A stretch of 64,000 bases of DNA, taken from assembly GCA_964187785.1 (NCBI GenBank), contig OZ076409.1, forward strand, positions 39,434,001 to 39,498,000, written 5' to 3'. This DNA comes from Amphiscolops sp. MND2022 (Eukaryota). The notes under the pieces were generated by a model that did not search any database, had not been told where the DNA came from, and saw nothing but the letters and a program-made list of their open reading frames with translations. This document shows, in pieces, positions 24,935-37,729 of this stretch. The first letter of the stretch is position 1, and each line of letters starts with the position of its first letter. The position numbers were made by a program, and so were the translations under genes.

Positions 24935-25492
24935 ACAAACCGGAAGCCGGGAATTGCCAAAGTCGGCGCTATATGTAAAGCTCAAAAAGCGCAAAGTTTT
25001 CAAAATTGTATAAAGGGGACCCTTTGGGATCTTTGAAACTCCAGTTTATGGCAATATATGGAAAAAAGAAGGTTTGGAGACCTTTGGAAACATTAAAAAT
25101 GTTTTGGAAAAAAAGACGAAAATTGAAAACTTTGAACAGTGTCACAGTGCCAAAAAATTTAAAAGGGGGACCCTTTGTGTTTTTAACATCTATTCTGTTG
25201 CAAAAATGAAGGGGGGACCTTTTGGTTCAATCCAAAAATTTTTGAAAAAGTCTCAGTGCCGAAAAAATCCAAGTGAAAAACACCAAGATAGCCAAAGGGG
25301 ATTCTTAGTATATTTGCGAGGTTCTGGACGTCGGTTTTGTTTGTTTTGGATGAGCTGTTGACGTTTCGAGTATATTTTGAACGTCCGTCGTTCACGTTGT
25401 TAAACATATGAACAAAAAGTGGACCTTACGAGTCTAAGAATGCTACCCACGGTAAGAATCTGGCATCTTTTACCCAAATGCGCCGACTCAAA
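24935..25492 (-). mobile_element. HINE-like non-autonomous element
   Basis: Hairpin and AGTCGGCGC (24961) at one end, GCGCCGACT (25480) plus A-run at the other; internal ggggaccc motifs as in 1645-2108. Confidence 0.5.
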
Positions 25493-25649
25493 TCGATGTA
25501 TGGATTAGGATCGAAATTCGTGATGCATCGATGTCATATTTTCATGCACGAAATACTTTATGTAACCACTTCGTGCTTAGTGAAAAAATAGGCGCCTGCG
25601 GGGCACATCATAACTTCTGCGTTTAGGTTTTCATGTTCAATAATAGAAG

Positions 25650-26070
25650 CATATCTGAAATTACTGACCACTCATGTTTAAACATTATATAGAGAACAAT
25701 TAATCACTGTACCAGTTTACACCTCTTTTTTGGACTAACGAAAATATATCTACTAACCTTAGACAAAATTTCGTATTCGCATTTAAATACAGGCGAAGCT
25801 CTCGGCGAACGAATAATTAACACTCTTTCGCTTTATTTCAATAACTCGGCGTACCAAAGTATAATTACCAGGCGCTCGTTCCATCGCACGAGAAACGAAT
25901 TGTTGTCGGCAGCATGAAAAACTTAAATCTCACGCTTATACTCACTGGAGAACAAAAGAGTTTTTCTCACTGGGGAGTTTTTCAGTAGGCACTCGTATCG
26001 CTAATAAAAGTTGACTGAAAAAAAGTTAGAAATAATTTTTATTATTTGCTATCGCAGAAATAATAAATAA
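25650..26070. repeat. Interspersed repeat, homologous to 27045-27500
   Basis: Shared aatcactgta..tttacacc..attcgcattt..caggcgaa..cgaacgaataattaacactc. Confidence 0.6.
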
Positions 26071-26170
26071 ATATTGTGAACACATGTAGCCCATTCTTTT
26101 CGAGATATTTTGAAACGAAGTACCGAAAAGACCAATTAAGGTTTTAGCTACTGTCAACAGTAAACAGAGC

Positions 26171-26527
26171 TTAGTAGTCGGCACTTTTCTTGAAAAGAGC
26201 CGAATACAGTCTTGGATTTTCGTTTTTTTTTAAAATTTTTTTGATACATCTGAAGTGACCAAAATAGTTCTACCAAAAGTTGTACAGAACTTTCACAAGA
26301 GGCCATATTGTACCCGTTGGCCCAAGGAACTGAACCAAAAAGGTTTCCCGCGTAACATACAATACCGGACGAGACATAAGGGTCCCCCCTTTCAATTTGG
26401 TTTCGGCATTGTGAGACTTTTTTTTCTCATAGAAGGGTCCCCATTCACCAATACTTTTTACATTTTGAAGTCCTTCTGCTATTTTTGAGCCCTAGATATG
26501 GCGCCGACTTGGGCCGATCCCGTCTGG
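26171..26527 (+). mobile_element. HINE-like non-autonomous element
   Basis: AGTCGGCAC...GCGCCGACTT; body homologous to 1645-2108. Confidence 0.5.
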
Positions 26528-26795
26528 ATTTGCTTTTCTGAGTTGGTTACTCGTTTTGGTCTACTATTCGGTCACTGGAAGTGACATCTATCTATTCAGT
26601 GACATCTATCTATTCTTTATGCATTAAAAATCAAAAGAATATTTTATCAAGAAACTTTCCTTTGCTCATTTTTTTCACGAACAACAATTCTTCCGGCTTT
26701 GGAAAAATATACGCCTGACATTCGTAAGATGTCTAATTGTACTCAATCATTGCAAGCATAGGTGTTCTACATTCGGAACATGCGTTATAATACAG

Positions 26796-27500
26796 AACAA
26801 GCTAGAAACGGTCCAAGTCGGCGCCATATCCAAGGCTCAAACAGCAAAAGTCTCAACAAAACGTTATATTCGAACTTCGAAAACGTTAAATCCGAACTTG
26901 GAAAACGTTACATCCGAACTTTGAAAACGTTATATCCGAACTTTAAAAGCGTTATATTCGAACTTCGAAAATAGGCCCCTCCGGGGCTCAGTACTATTTC
27001 TGCTTTAATCTTTTTTTGAAACAAAAAAAACCATTAATAAAAGAATTATATCTGGAATACCAATACACTCTTGTTTAATCATTATTTAGCGCACAATTAC
27101 ATGGAATCACTGTAAAAGTTTACACCGCCTTTAATTCTTCTCGGCCTAAAGAAAATATAACTACTAAGCGTAGACGAAGTTTCGCATTCGCATTTGAATG
27201 CAGGCGAATATCTCAACGAACGAATAATTAACACTCATTCGCTTCATCTCAATAACTCGGGGCAACGAAAGCACAATTACGAACATTCGCTCGCTTCATC
27301 TCAATGACGTCAGCATACGAATGGATAATTACCACTCGCTCGTTCCATCGCACTAGAATTGAATTTAAATCTCTCGCTTACACTCACTGCCGAACAAAAT
27401 ATCTGAATTATTCAGATCGTCCGAAAAATTGTTCTGAAAAAAAAAGTAGACGCTTCCAGATTTCAATAATATTCCTGCTAAAGCAGAAATATTAAAAACA
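26796..27500 (-). repeat. HINE-like end with ~22-23 bp tandem repeat (26858-26971) and adjoining interspersed repeat
   Basis: aagtcggcgccatatccaaggctcaaa motif; about 5 copies of aaaacgttatat(t/c)cgaactt. Confidence 0.5.
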
Positions 27501-28494
27501 ATTCAATTTCACAGCAACTTCGAATGTGAAAACAAACATACAGCAAATATTTTTACCTCAACCAATCCGAGTTACAGCAGATGATTGGTTGTGCTGTGTT
27601 AAACAAGACGGGGACGTCTCAAGTCGGCGCTATACCTATAGCTCAAAAAATTTTCGAAATATGATCACGACCTTATGAAAGATTCACAAAGAAAGTCCGA
27701 AACACCGAATATACATTGAAAAATCTTAATTTCAGACAAAAAATGAGAATTTTGAAACGTTTCATAGAGCCCCTGTTATGTTAATGACCTTGTGCACTTT
27801 TTTTCGAAACCTGTGTGAAATAATGTCGTAGACTATCTTTATCGTCTGGTAAACAATAGTTTGGACAAAATTATCGTCTTACATTTGCTGGTTTACCTGG
27901 ATCAAAACAACGGGGGTTTCAAGCTTACCATCTCTGAGACGCCCAATGTACCCTTTCGACAATTTTATACTGAGACAACCTCGTTTGTTCTACATTTAGG
28001 ATTTTTACATTTTTTTAATATGTCCGTTAGCTCAAAATGTTTCAGTAGCTATTTAAAAAAGATTAGGGTCAAATTTTCCCAAATTATTGCCAATCAAGTA
28101 TGTCTTCAATGATGCCTTCAAGGTATCCAAACTTGCTGACGTAAGTAATTGTTGGTTTCTAGCGAAAGAGTTTCCGTGTTGGGATTTTACATCGATGTCA
28201 ATTTTTCAACAGTTTGTACCACAATCAGTTTAGTCCGAATTTTCCCAAGAAAAAGTTCATGACTTCATTTTTCTTCAATACACCGAAAACTGGACACCCA
28301 ATGCACCACTTTATAGTTTTTTAATTTCCTGTTTCTCACCCGCAATATTCGAATTTTACAAGTGTGTTTACCAAGTATGACTTCTCAGAAGCACCCAATC
28401 TCAAGCATCAACTTTTTTGACATGAACAAACAGTACTGAGTGATTGATTTTTTGGTTTATTTCTCCGGAGCTTGTGAGAAATCACGTTTCAGAG

Positions 28495-30432
28495 AAGGGA
28501 TTTCAAAAATCAATTCATGAAAAATTGACTTGAAAGACCCAATTAATTAAAAATCGGATTTACTCAATATCAATTAATTGCAATAATTGGCCAATTTTAA
28601 TTTTTGACTACCTAAAATAGGACTCAAATCGCGTGCCATATTCATATTGAGAATCTCTCGTATAGTAAACAGCGATGCAGAGTGAAAGAGCTATCTGCAA
28701 CCTAATTGGTTAATCTATTAACTTGAATAATCGCTGATATTTCAGTTGTTGCATGCTAAAATTTCTGTCTCCAACGACGTTCTCGTGGCGGCATTTCAAA
28801 CAATGCGAGGACAATGAACTATTACCGGTTCTGCAGGATGTGGCTGCTCCTGAAGCAAGGTAAACAAATGATTGGGTCAAGCCTAGTTTGGGTTTGGGGT
28901 CATAAACATTTATTCGGGTTTTGGGTGCCCCAACCATATTTGTTTGGGTTTTGGGTTGGTGGGGTATATTTGGGGGGGGGTATATTTGAGTCCTGAATCA
29001 AAATTTTTTCCTCTTTTGAACGAAAAATGTCTCGAATTAAAATTTTCTGCTCTTTTCAAAAACTGAGATTAAAAACAAAGTAACAGATAGAGTATGTGTG
29101 TATTAGAAGTGCAAAGAGATGAAGTGTATGAGATGTAATGAAAATAGATCAAGCATCATCGCTAAGCTACAATAATGTCTTGTTTTTATTCAAAAAGACA
29201 TTACGAGCGTGTTATCAGGAGGCATACGACACTGTACTGGTCGGTTTACTCCTGGTTACAAAACCACATTCTTCGCACTTGCGTAACGATGTCTTCCGTT
29301 TATTAACAAACTTCGCTTTAAAATGTCGAAAAATCTCGTTCGGCAGGTCTAAAAACTCCAATCTTCATCTTCATCGGTAGCCAATACTTGATGCTCATCG
29401 CCAGCCAGAGTTTCAACATCAGAAACGTGGTCAACTTCTTCAATTTCGCTTGGCTCATGATCACTCATAACCGTCCTTTAAATAATAAGGAAATGTTTCA
29501 AATTCTTGCCAATTTTAGTTTTTAATTCAATTTTTAAATATTAATTTTACGTAACGCACGCTAAACGAAACAAAATACGTATAAATTGAAATTCTAATAA
29601 AATTATTTGGGATATTTGTACTTTTGAGACGAATTTAGGTCATTAATTGTATATTTGGGTAATTTTTTGATGTATTTGGGTTTTGGGTGCAATCACGGTA
29701 ATTGGGTTTTGGGTTTGTACAAAACCCAATTAATTGGGGTGAAACCCAAATAATTGGGTATTTGTATTTGGGATCCCTGCTCTAAAGCTACTTGGAGAAA
29801 AATTGGAAAAACTGCATTCTGTTGCCATTGCAACATGAAAATTTGGATTTATTGGATGCCCGTTTATTATTCGATGAGATTCTCAATGTTGAATAACGAG
29901 CCAGAATTTGCAAAGTACCTGGATACAAATGGCCATTTAGTGCACAAACCACATTTTGAATATGCAGTTCGAAAAATTCTATTGGGCGAAGAAGCAACGT
30001 TGAATTATGAAGAAACTGTAAGTGTAAAAGCACTTCAAGCTTCACAAGGGTCACTTATGGCCACCGTTCTTGACAATAATGTGGATGATTTTGTAACAAT
30101 TTGCCTCCAAAAACGTAAGAAAACCGGCAAGAGCAGCCTATATATATCTCCCAACTTCTGATATGTCAGAACGATTTTTTAGCAATGCCGATTTTCGCCA
30201 AGCATTACTGCCAATAAACTTGGAAATACAACTCTTTTTAAAAGTTAATCACCGATTTTGGGACGATCATACTGTCGATACTGTGAAAAACTCAGTAAAT
30301 ATCAATGCCGAATAACTGACCAATTAATTGCAATTAATTGGTGTTGTGCCAATTATATCGGTATTAATTTTTGATTTAACAACTAATTGCAATGTAATTT
30401 TTTGTTTGAAAATTAATTTTTCAAAACCTCTG
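28495..30432 (+). mobile_element. Deleted hAT-like DNA transposon
   Basis: Imperfect TIRs, flanking GTTTCAGAG duplication, and a C-terminal hAT dimerization-like relic (ERFFSNA..RQALLPINLEIQLFLKVNHRFWD) at ~30165-30290. Confidence 0.6.
28856..29779. mobile_element. Non-autonomous hAT element nested in the previous one
   Basis: CAAGG...GATCCCTG ends, degraded 8 bp TSD, homologous to 40009-41542. Confidence 0.65.
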
Positions 30433-31228
30433 GTTTCAGAGTATCACTGATCACTCAATACTCGCCTTCAGTCGAAAGCTATTGAACTCGGCCGCTCCCT
30501 ATATAAACGAGTTCACTTCTCGACTGATAAATAGCTGATTAAACTCCCGGACAGTAATAACCCTGGAATAAGTGCACTGCTCAGGTTTCAATTATCTGGT
30601 CGCGCTATTGCATTAACAACAGCCTTGAGCAAATTCAAAGGTATTTGACGAGAAAATGGTTCCTCCAGGACTTGTTCCATGTTTTTCATTGGTTAAATGT
30701 CAAGTTATTTAACAGACATTAAACAGACATACTATTGATCCTTTTATTGAAATTCAATGATTCATTCAGCTCATCTCCATAGAAGACTTGAAACGTGCAT
30801 ACAATAGTGTAAGAAATAAACGGAACCTTTATTTGTAAAAAAAGAATTGGACCAAAAAACTAGCTCTGATTTCTGCAATCATCCAAGTTATTTGAAAATC
30901 AAATAAACAAACAAAGTTTTGTTGGGCACTTGAAATGTAGGTTTGCAAATAATGAAGAAACTTCCTAATTTCATTTTTCATTGATTGTATTTACTACTGA
31001 ATTGGCCATTCGTCATTTCCTGAAGACATTCAACTATTTTACATCAAGATAATTGGTATTATATAGTTTTTGAAAGGGGTTTTCTATTATTTCATTTTAT
31101 TTATTATCTTATTACGTGGGACACTCCTATTTTTCGCAAAGACTGGGGATTATGTCTTCGGTTTTACATTTTAACCGATAAAATTAATATCAAGAGAATC
31201 TGTTAAATAAGGCGATTATACCCATAAT

Positions 31229-31530
31229 TATTTTTCGCCCAGATAAATGGGGGAGGAAAATCATGATCTGTGACGCGTTTTTTCTTTACAAATTCTGCCA
31301 AAACTCCACTTCATTTCCACTCCATGGAGTGATTTACTAGCGATAGTTACAACTGAGTTACTTCAAATATGGTGGCTCAGTCAGGTTGTAGGTCCTGGGT
31401 TTGAACCCGGGCTGGTGCTTGAATTTTTTTGTTTCCCAGCCAGGTCGTGGGTTCGAACCTCTCCTTCGCCATACTTTTTTGCAATAAACGTGTCGCGGAA
31501 AATATCCCGTTGCTTAGCGGGCGTCTTGTC
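31229..31530 (+). repeat. Interspersed repeat with tRNA-like A/B boxes
   Basis: TGGCTCAGTCAGG, GGTTTGAACCC and a second GGTTCGAACC; homologous to 21186-21445. Confidence 0.6.
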
Positions 31531-31714
31531 TTAGACATTCAATTTGTGCATCCAGTCCCTTAAATTCACTGGTAAAATAGAGAATGAACGAAATCCCCAT
31601 GTAAAATGCTAGCTCTGTTTACATGCAGTCCAAATCATTTCTTACAAATAAGGTTTCAGTTCTTTTCTTACACTATTGTACTTTGCTGTACTCCGATTTA
31701 CGTCACAGCTTGTA

Positions 31715-32099
31715 GCGGGGACTGTTCAATGCGTCGAACATTCAATTCGTTGAACTGAACACGTATTAATTTAGCGAGCATGGTATGACGTAATGGAGTG
31801 AATTGATTTCGGCCAATCAAATTCGAACATTCAAAATTACGATAACGTAGTCAGCTATGTTCACATACTGCTAGTGACCTATTTGCAGGAGCGAAGCGAA
31901 GCGGAGCGACGTGCCATATGGCCATGCTTCAATATTGCTACCTGGCGAAGGGAGCGAAGCGACCGAGCCAAACAAATATTTTAATTGCCACAAAATATAA
32001 CCAAATGAAAATAATCGCTGATATGAAATTCTTTCGACGCATTGAATAGCTTTTCATTTTTGGCCGATTTGAATGTTCGACGAATTAAAGTTGCACCGC
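31715..32099. mobile_element. MITE, TA-flanked, carrying the shared ~125 bp core
   Basis: TA|GCGG..gtcgaacattc / gaatgttcgac..CCGC|TA imperfect TIRs. Confidence 0.55.
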
Positions 32100-32428
32100 T
32101 AGTAGCTGTGATGTAGCTGTGATCATTACAGCAAAGTATGCACGTTTCAAGGCTTCTGTCAGCTAGACTAATTTCCGATACGGACATTCAGAAAGCATAG
32201 AAAATCGATTATTCATCCATTATTCTGTAATTTCTGCACGGGATTAGAACAATCATTAAATCTAGAGTCCATAACATTTGATTCAAAGGCTTGTTCAAAA
32301 GGGTTCAGTGTTAAAAATAAACTGATTCTCATTCATTCATAATAACATGTCTATTCTGCGGAATAGTCACAATTTATCACCATTAAATTACACAAACATA
32401 TTACAAAAAAGTAATCTTCCTCAGTCAT

Positions 32429-35400
32429 TTACTTGGCTTCCTCCAACATCTTTGTCAACTCTGGAACAGCCTGAAACATTTTGAACTCAACTTGGAGCAG
32501 TGGGCATTGAACATTTTGGACCAATAAAATACAAAAATGAAATCAAAATTTTAAAAGAAATATCACGATATTGAGAAAGATATTTTAGGGGAAATTTGAA
32601 CTTGATGGCCAGAAGAAAAATCTAATTCGATCATTTTTGTAGCATGAAACCGTTCTTTGACTTAACACTAAATAGCTTTCTTGAACAATGAGCAACCAAA
32701 AACTATTGTAATTCAGTCGAAACAAAATTTCTACGGCGCAAATTCTCTAGGGCATTTTCAGAACCTGTTAGAGGTATTGAATGGTATTTCACAAAAAGCC
32801 GAAGTCAAAAGTAAGCCGTGTTCTAACTTTTGTTTGATTGCAAAACAAAAAATACCCGAGGAATTTTTGTGCCAATTGAATATGTAAAAAATTTGTTGCG
32901 ATTTGAAATTTTTCGTCAGCTTTTTGGTACTCTTGTGTATTTTAGAAGATAACATGAAACAACAGTAACTGCTTGAAAACACTATTGTTCACTTAAGCCG
33001 GTCGCAATGCGATAATCATTCAAACGAATGAACTGTCAATAGCGTTAGTGAACGACAGTGTATAGACCGTTTCAAAAAGTTCGCGAGTCCCCCACACATG
33101 TTCGATAGGGTTTAAATCAGTATAATATGGGGGCCAATCCAGAACAGGAATACCGTTGTTCTTAAGCCATTGCTTCGTGATTCTTGCAGTGTGAGGTGGG
33201 ATCATTTGACCCAATTTGACTTTCTTCTGTCTGTCAGACCGCCCAAGACGTCGCTTCAGGATTCCTTCAAGTCTCGACTCGGAAATCGAGAAAATCCGAG
33301 CAATTGCTGAATTAGCATAATGCGGGTTTGCTTCGTTAAAACGGTATATCGATTTTGCAAGTTCTTCAGATGTGCGTTTGCCTCGCATGGTTGCAGAAAT
33401 TGATGTGATAGCATCGCTAATTAAAAGACCGGTGCATAGTCTCGCGAACTTTTTGAAACGATCTATAGCTCTACACTAGACAAGAAAATTTAGAAAAGTT
33501 TGATTGAAATGATCCAACTAATAGACTACCATTTGAATCGTAGCGACGAATGAGTTTAGAAATACCTTGAACAAATCCTCGACGAGACCATAATCTGACA
33601 CCTGGAAAATTGGTGCTTCCGCGTCTTTGTTGATAGCGACAATAACCTGAAACCAAAAAACACATGCAAAAGACGTAACAGTTACATGGGTTTCAGAGAC
33701 TTGAAAAACCACTCATCCAGATTCGTTCATTGGTAGTGTTCTATGCCAGCTTGGAGCAACTTCCCAGCACAAACAAATTTTTGCACAGAAAAGAGTCTAT
33801 ATCACAGAAAATTGTGACATTTGAAAACTTTAATTGTCACGAAGAACACATTCATTTAAATATCTAGAAAATAACTCCAAAAACAACCTTGCTGTCTTTC
33901 ATTCCGGCCAAGTGCTGGATAGCTCCTGAGATTCCGACAGCAATGTAGAGTTCGGGGGCCACAATCTTGCCTGTCTGGCCCACTTGCATGTCGTTGGGCA
34001 CGTAACCGGCGTCCACGGCTGCTCTGGAAGCGCCCACTCCGGCTCCCAAAACATCTGCCAACTTGTAGAGAATTTCAAAGTTCTCCCCACTTTTCAAACC
34101 ACGTCCTGAAAAGCGAATTAATTTCTTTGAAAAATTGGCAATGTATCTATTGCTAGATGGAAGAAAAAACAGTGACGTGACACAGCCCAGCTTGAGCATT
34201 CACTTGTTGAGTGCATTATTTCATGTGAAGCGCATCAACTACAGTAGATGTAGTTCCGTTAATTTGAAAACATGTTTGACTGCTCTATTTGAATATCTCA
34301 CCTCCAGATACTACAATTTTGGCTGATGCTAATTCCGGTCTCTCACTCTCTGACATTTCGTCTTTCACCCATTCCGATGACGCATTTGATTTATCCAAAG
34401 CAGGTCCTAAAACAGACACGTTCGTCAAGTTTAGAAATGTATGGCGGACACAAGCTCATCCAACCTTCTAACTACAGACATCGCAAATCCGAGAAAGTGC
34501 ATATCGCATATCTGCCGTATACCTGATAAAAACCTAGAATCCAGTGGCGCAAGGGCTCTCGAAAAAATCAAGACTTATACCACGTCAATTTACTGGGTGA
34601 TTGCTCAGTGACACCCCAATCGAACGATCTTTTTGGAAATACCGTTTCCGGATAGGATCCAGGCAGATGTCTCCTATTTTAACGCGTTTCATTAAACGTA
34701 TGTCTTTTTTATTTGATCCTATGGATTATACCATGTTTTATTGATGTATTTTTATACCGATTCCTAATTCAATTCAAAATTTACTGGGTGATTAACATTC
34801 TAGCTTACGCAGAACGCAGAAATATCAATTATGAACGTATTTAATGAGTTTTCGGCAGACATGCTTACCAAAACTAATTTTTGCAATAAAATTAACTTCT
34901 TGGTACATTGTGATCGCATGAAAATGGTTGTTCACAAAAATATTCCTCTATAGATTCCTTCAATAGTTTTCAATAATCTATCTAGAGATGCGCCGGATTC
35001 CGGAAAATCCGGTAAAAATCAGTATGAAATCCGGTTCCGGAAAAAAAGTACCGGATTTTTACCGGATTTTCACAAATGAAAAAAGACCGAAAAAATCAAT
35101 TCAACCAATGAGATGAAGTCAAATAAGTTCAAGATTATCATGAATAACAACAAGTTTTTCTGATAACTCTGGCCGCAGTCGATTTCTTCGCTCTGAATTG
35201 ATGTTCCCGGACACGCTGAAGACTCTTTCGCTCCGCACAGACGAAGGTGGAATAGCCAAGTATTTTTTTGCGCTTGCTCTTAGAAATGGATAGTCGTTGT
35301 TTTTTTCCCAATATTTCAAGGGGTCGCTAGTCCGGGGAATTTTTTTCTCTTTCAAATAATAATTAACTGTTCGAAAATCCGGTTCCGGAATCCGGAATCC

Positions 35401-36753
35401 GGTTTTTTTCCAACTGGATTAATCTGGAACCCGGAATCAGGTTCAATTGAATCCGGTTGCATCTCTAAATCTATCTGAATATAAAATCATCTAACGGATC
35501 CATTGAAAGTAAAGGTATCCATTATACTGGTCATCACTGCTCCTACCCTTCAGTTGGGAAAAAATTAACGCAATACCCTCACTTTACGATCATTTTGATA
35601 CGAATCAAGCTAACTCGGTAAAACTTGGGAGTTTATTAGGAAAAGCTTTCGACAAAATATCAAGAATACTCGGCTTACCTTCTTCGACAGCAGCACTACC
35701 TGACAGCTCACAGGGTGCAAATGATGTTCCCCGGACAGTGAATACCACAGGTGAGTCGGCAGTTTTCACTGTGCAAATCGCGTTGCCAGCGTAAATGGTT
35801 CTCACAAACTCATTTTCGCCTTTCACGCCAATTATGTCAGAAATGGGGGCCACATCTACAAAAGACAGACTTCAAAATATTATGCATTCTAGCTCCAGGG
35901 CTCCTAATTTTTCGTTTCTTTAAAGAGAATGGAACTGGAATTTGAAAACGGACTGTTTTTAGACAAATACAATATTACGATTGGTTCGTCAAAACTTTGG
36001 AGATCCCATGCTGAGGAAGCTATTTAATCAGCTCAGCAGAGCTGTGTTGGAGAACATAAAAATGTAGAATTTGAACGCAACGTTTTCTAGTTTTATTGAA
36101 TTTAATATATATATATACATGATAGCGTCGCTCGAAACAAACTTTGTCTGTTAAGTGAAGCTTCATACCAATGGTTCTGATTAAAATCGATTTTGTGTTC
36201 ATTTTCTATTTTCGTTCATTTTTAAAAAGCCGCCAAAAACCGATCCGAGTTGCCAGATTGAATTTTTCTGCAATATGCAAAAACTCGAAACATGCTAACC
36301 CAGGATCGCGGCAACTCTGGGCAAAATACTTTTTCCTATTGCTGTGGCTGGAGCAGCTATGTGAGAGAATTTGAATTGGGACTGAGCGGCCAAGATAACC
36401 GGTGCCACTCGCTCAGGTAGGAATCCGTTGAAATAATCTGGGTCTTCTGCAATCAATATTTTGGAAAGGCCTTTTGCTTTGGATAGTTCTTCCGAAACCT
36501 GCACAAAATCCTGAACTGGACGAGAGGAAAGGAAGAATACTTCCAATAAAGTTCAAAGAAAAGAAGATGGGTTTTTTCTCAAACATTTCACACTAACCTG
36601 CTTTGTCTGCGATCCGACAAGCAATGCTGAAACATCTTGTCCAATTTGTGACGCCGCAGTAATTGCACTGTATGTAGCAGGGTTCAAAACTGAATTATTG
36701 TGCTCTGCTAATACCAGAGTGCTTGCGAAGCGTTGAGCCAAACTTCCACGTAA
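32429..36753 (-). CDS. ETFA: Electron transfer flavoprotein subunit alpha, mitochondrial; exons 36753-36598, 36498-36300, 35855-35679, 34406-34302, 34105-33888, 33646-33566, 32470-32429 (first exon not resolved)
   Basis: [119 protein letters not shown]. All six introns are GT-AG with matching phases. Confidence 0.97.
33063..33465 (-). mobile_element. Internally deleted Tc1/mariner element in an ETFA intron
   Basis: TA-flanked ~25 bp TIRs TAGACCGTTTCAAAAAGTTCGCGAG; HTH-like N-terminus joined to [24 protein letters not shown]. Confidence 0.88.
34983..35467 (-). mobile_element. Mini hAT element in an ETFA intron
   Basis: TAGAGATGC..GCATCTCTA TIRs, perfect 8 bp TSD AATCTATC, subterminal CCGG repeats, dimerization domain [22 protein letters not shown] (35119-35355). 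Confidence 0.93.
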
Positions 36754-37729
36754 CTAATAAAAAGACAATTGATCGGTATGTGCAATTATTCACCTATTTA
36801 TAAATAAACAATGAATTATGGAATAAACGTTCCATTTGTAAATGCATTAGTCTTACGTTGCCGCTGATAACCTATTTTGCTTGGAGATTTTTAGAAAAAA
36901 GGAGTACTGCCTGATCTGAGAAATCGAAAGTCTCCCGAACGCCAAATGGAGTTCTTCCATATCTGTCATTGAATTCTAAGCTCGTTCACTTTCGTTTTTC
37001 TATTGATATTCCAATTAGTTATTCCTGTATAATAACTATTACAACAGCAAATATCAAGGAAATTTTGTTCTTTTTCAATAAAGGCAATTAAAAAACTATA
37101 CTGGGGTCATTGATTCCGGAACAAAAAACGGGGATACGCAAGTTACCGAAATCCAGCTAAATTGGTTCAAAATTGAAATGGCTGCTTTGTTGGGGAAAAC
37201 ATTGATCACTTCCTTGCCATTTCATCTGTTCAACTGCACGATAGTATTCATTAAAATGCCAAACGCAAAACTTACCACGGAAGAAGGGTTCAACCTCTTC
37301 AATAGTGAGCTCATTGAAAAAACTAAAAACATTCAGAACAAAAATAGTTTCGTAGAGAAAATAATTGAATGAGTTACAAATGTTTTCGACATCACTAACG
37401 AAACTTGGCACCGCATGGTAGCGCCGAGCAATTGTTAATAGGGATTTGATTGTCGATTCAAATAAGCGGCAACTAATAGATTGTACAAATTCAAAAAATG
37501 CTCGGAGACTACACGGTGATTCAAATCTTCGAAACTCTTCAATATTTACCCTTGTTAACCCAAACACTTCAAAAAGTCGTTTTCCTTCTGGCAGAAACTG
37601 AATCAAGTTCTCATTTCATTTCAAAACATACTTGAAGTCAAACATTTAGGTATCGAAAAAAGATTTCAGGAAAATTTTCAGCAATTTTGAAATTAGCGAT
37701 TGGTAAAAAACTTTTTTCTTCTTTTTCTT

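Noticed and set aside
26858..26971. CRISPR-like array
   Set aside because: Contiguous ~23 bp units without unique spacers, in eukaryotic context.
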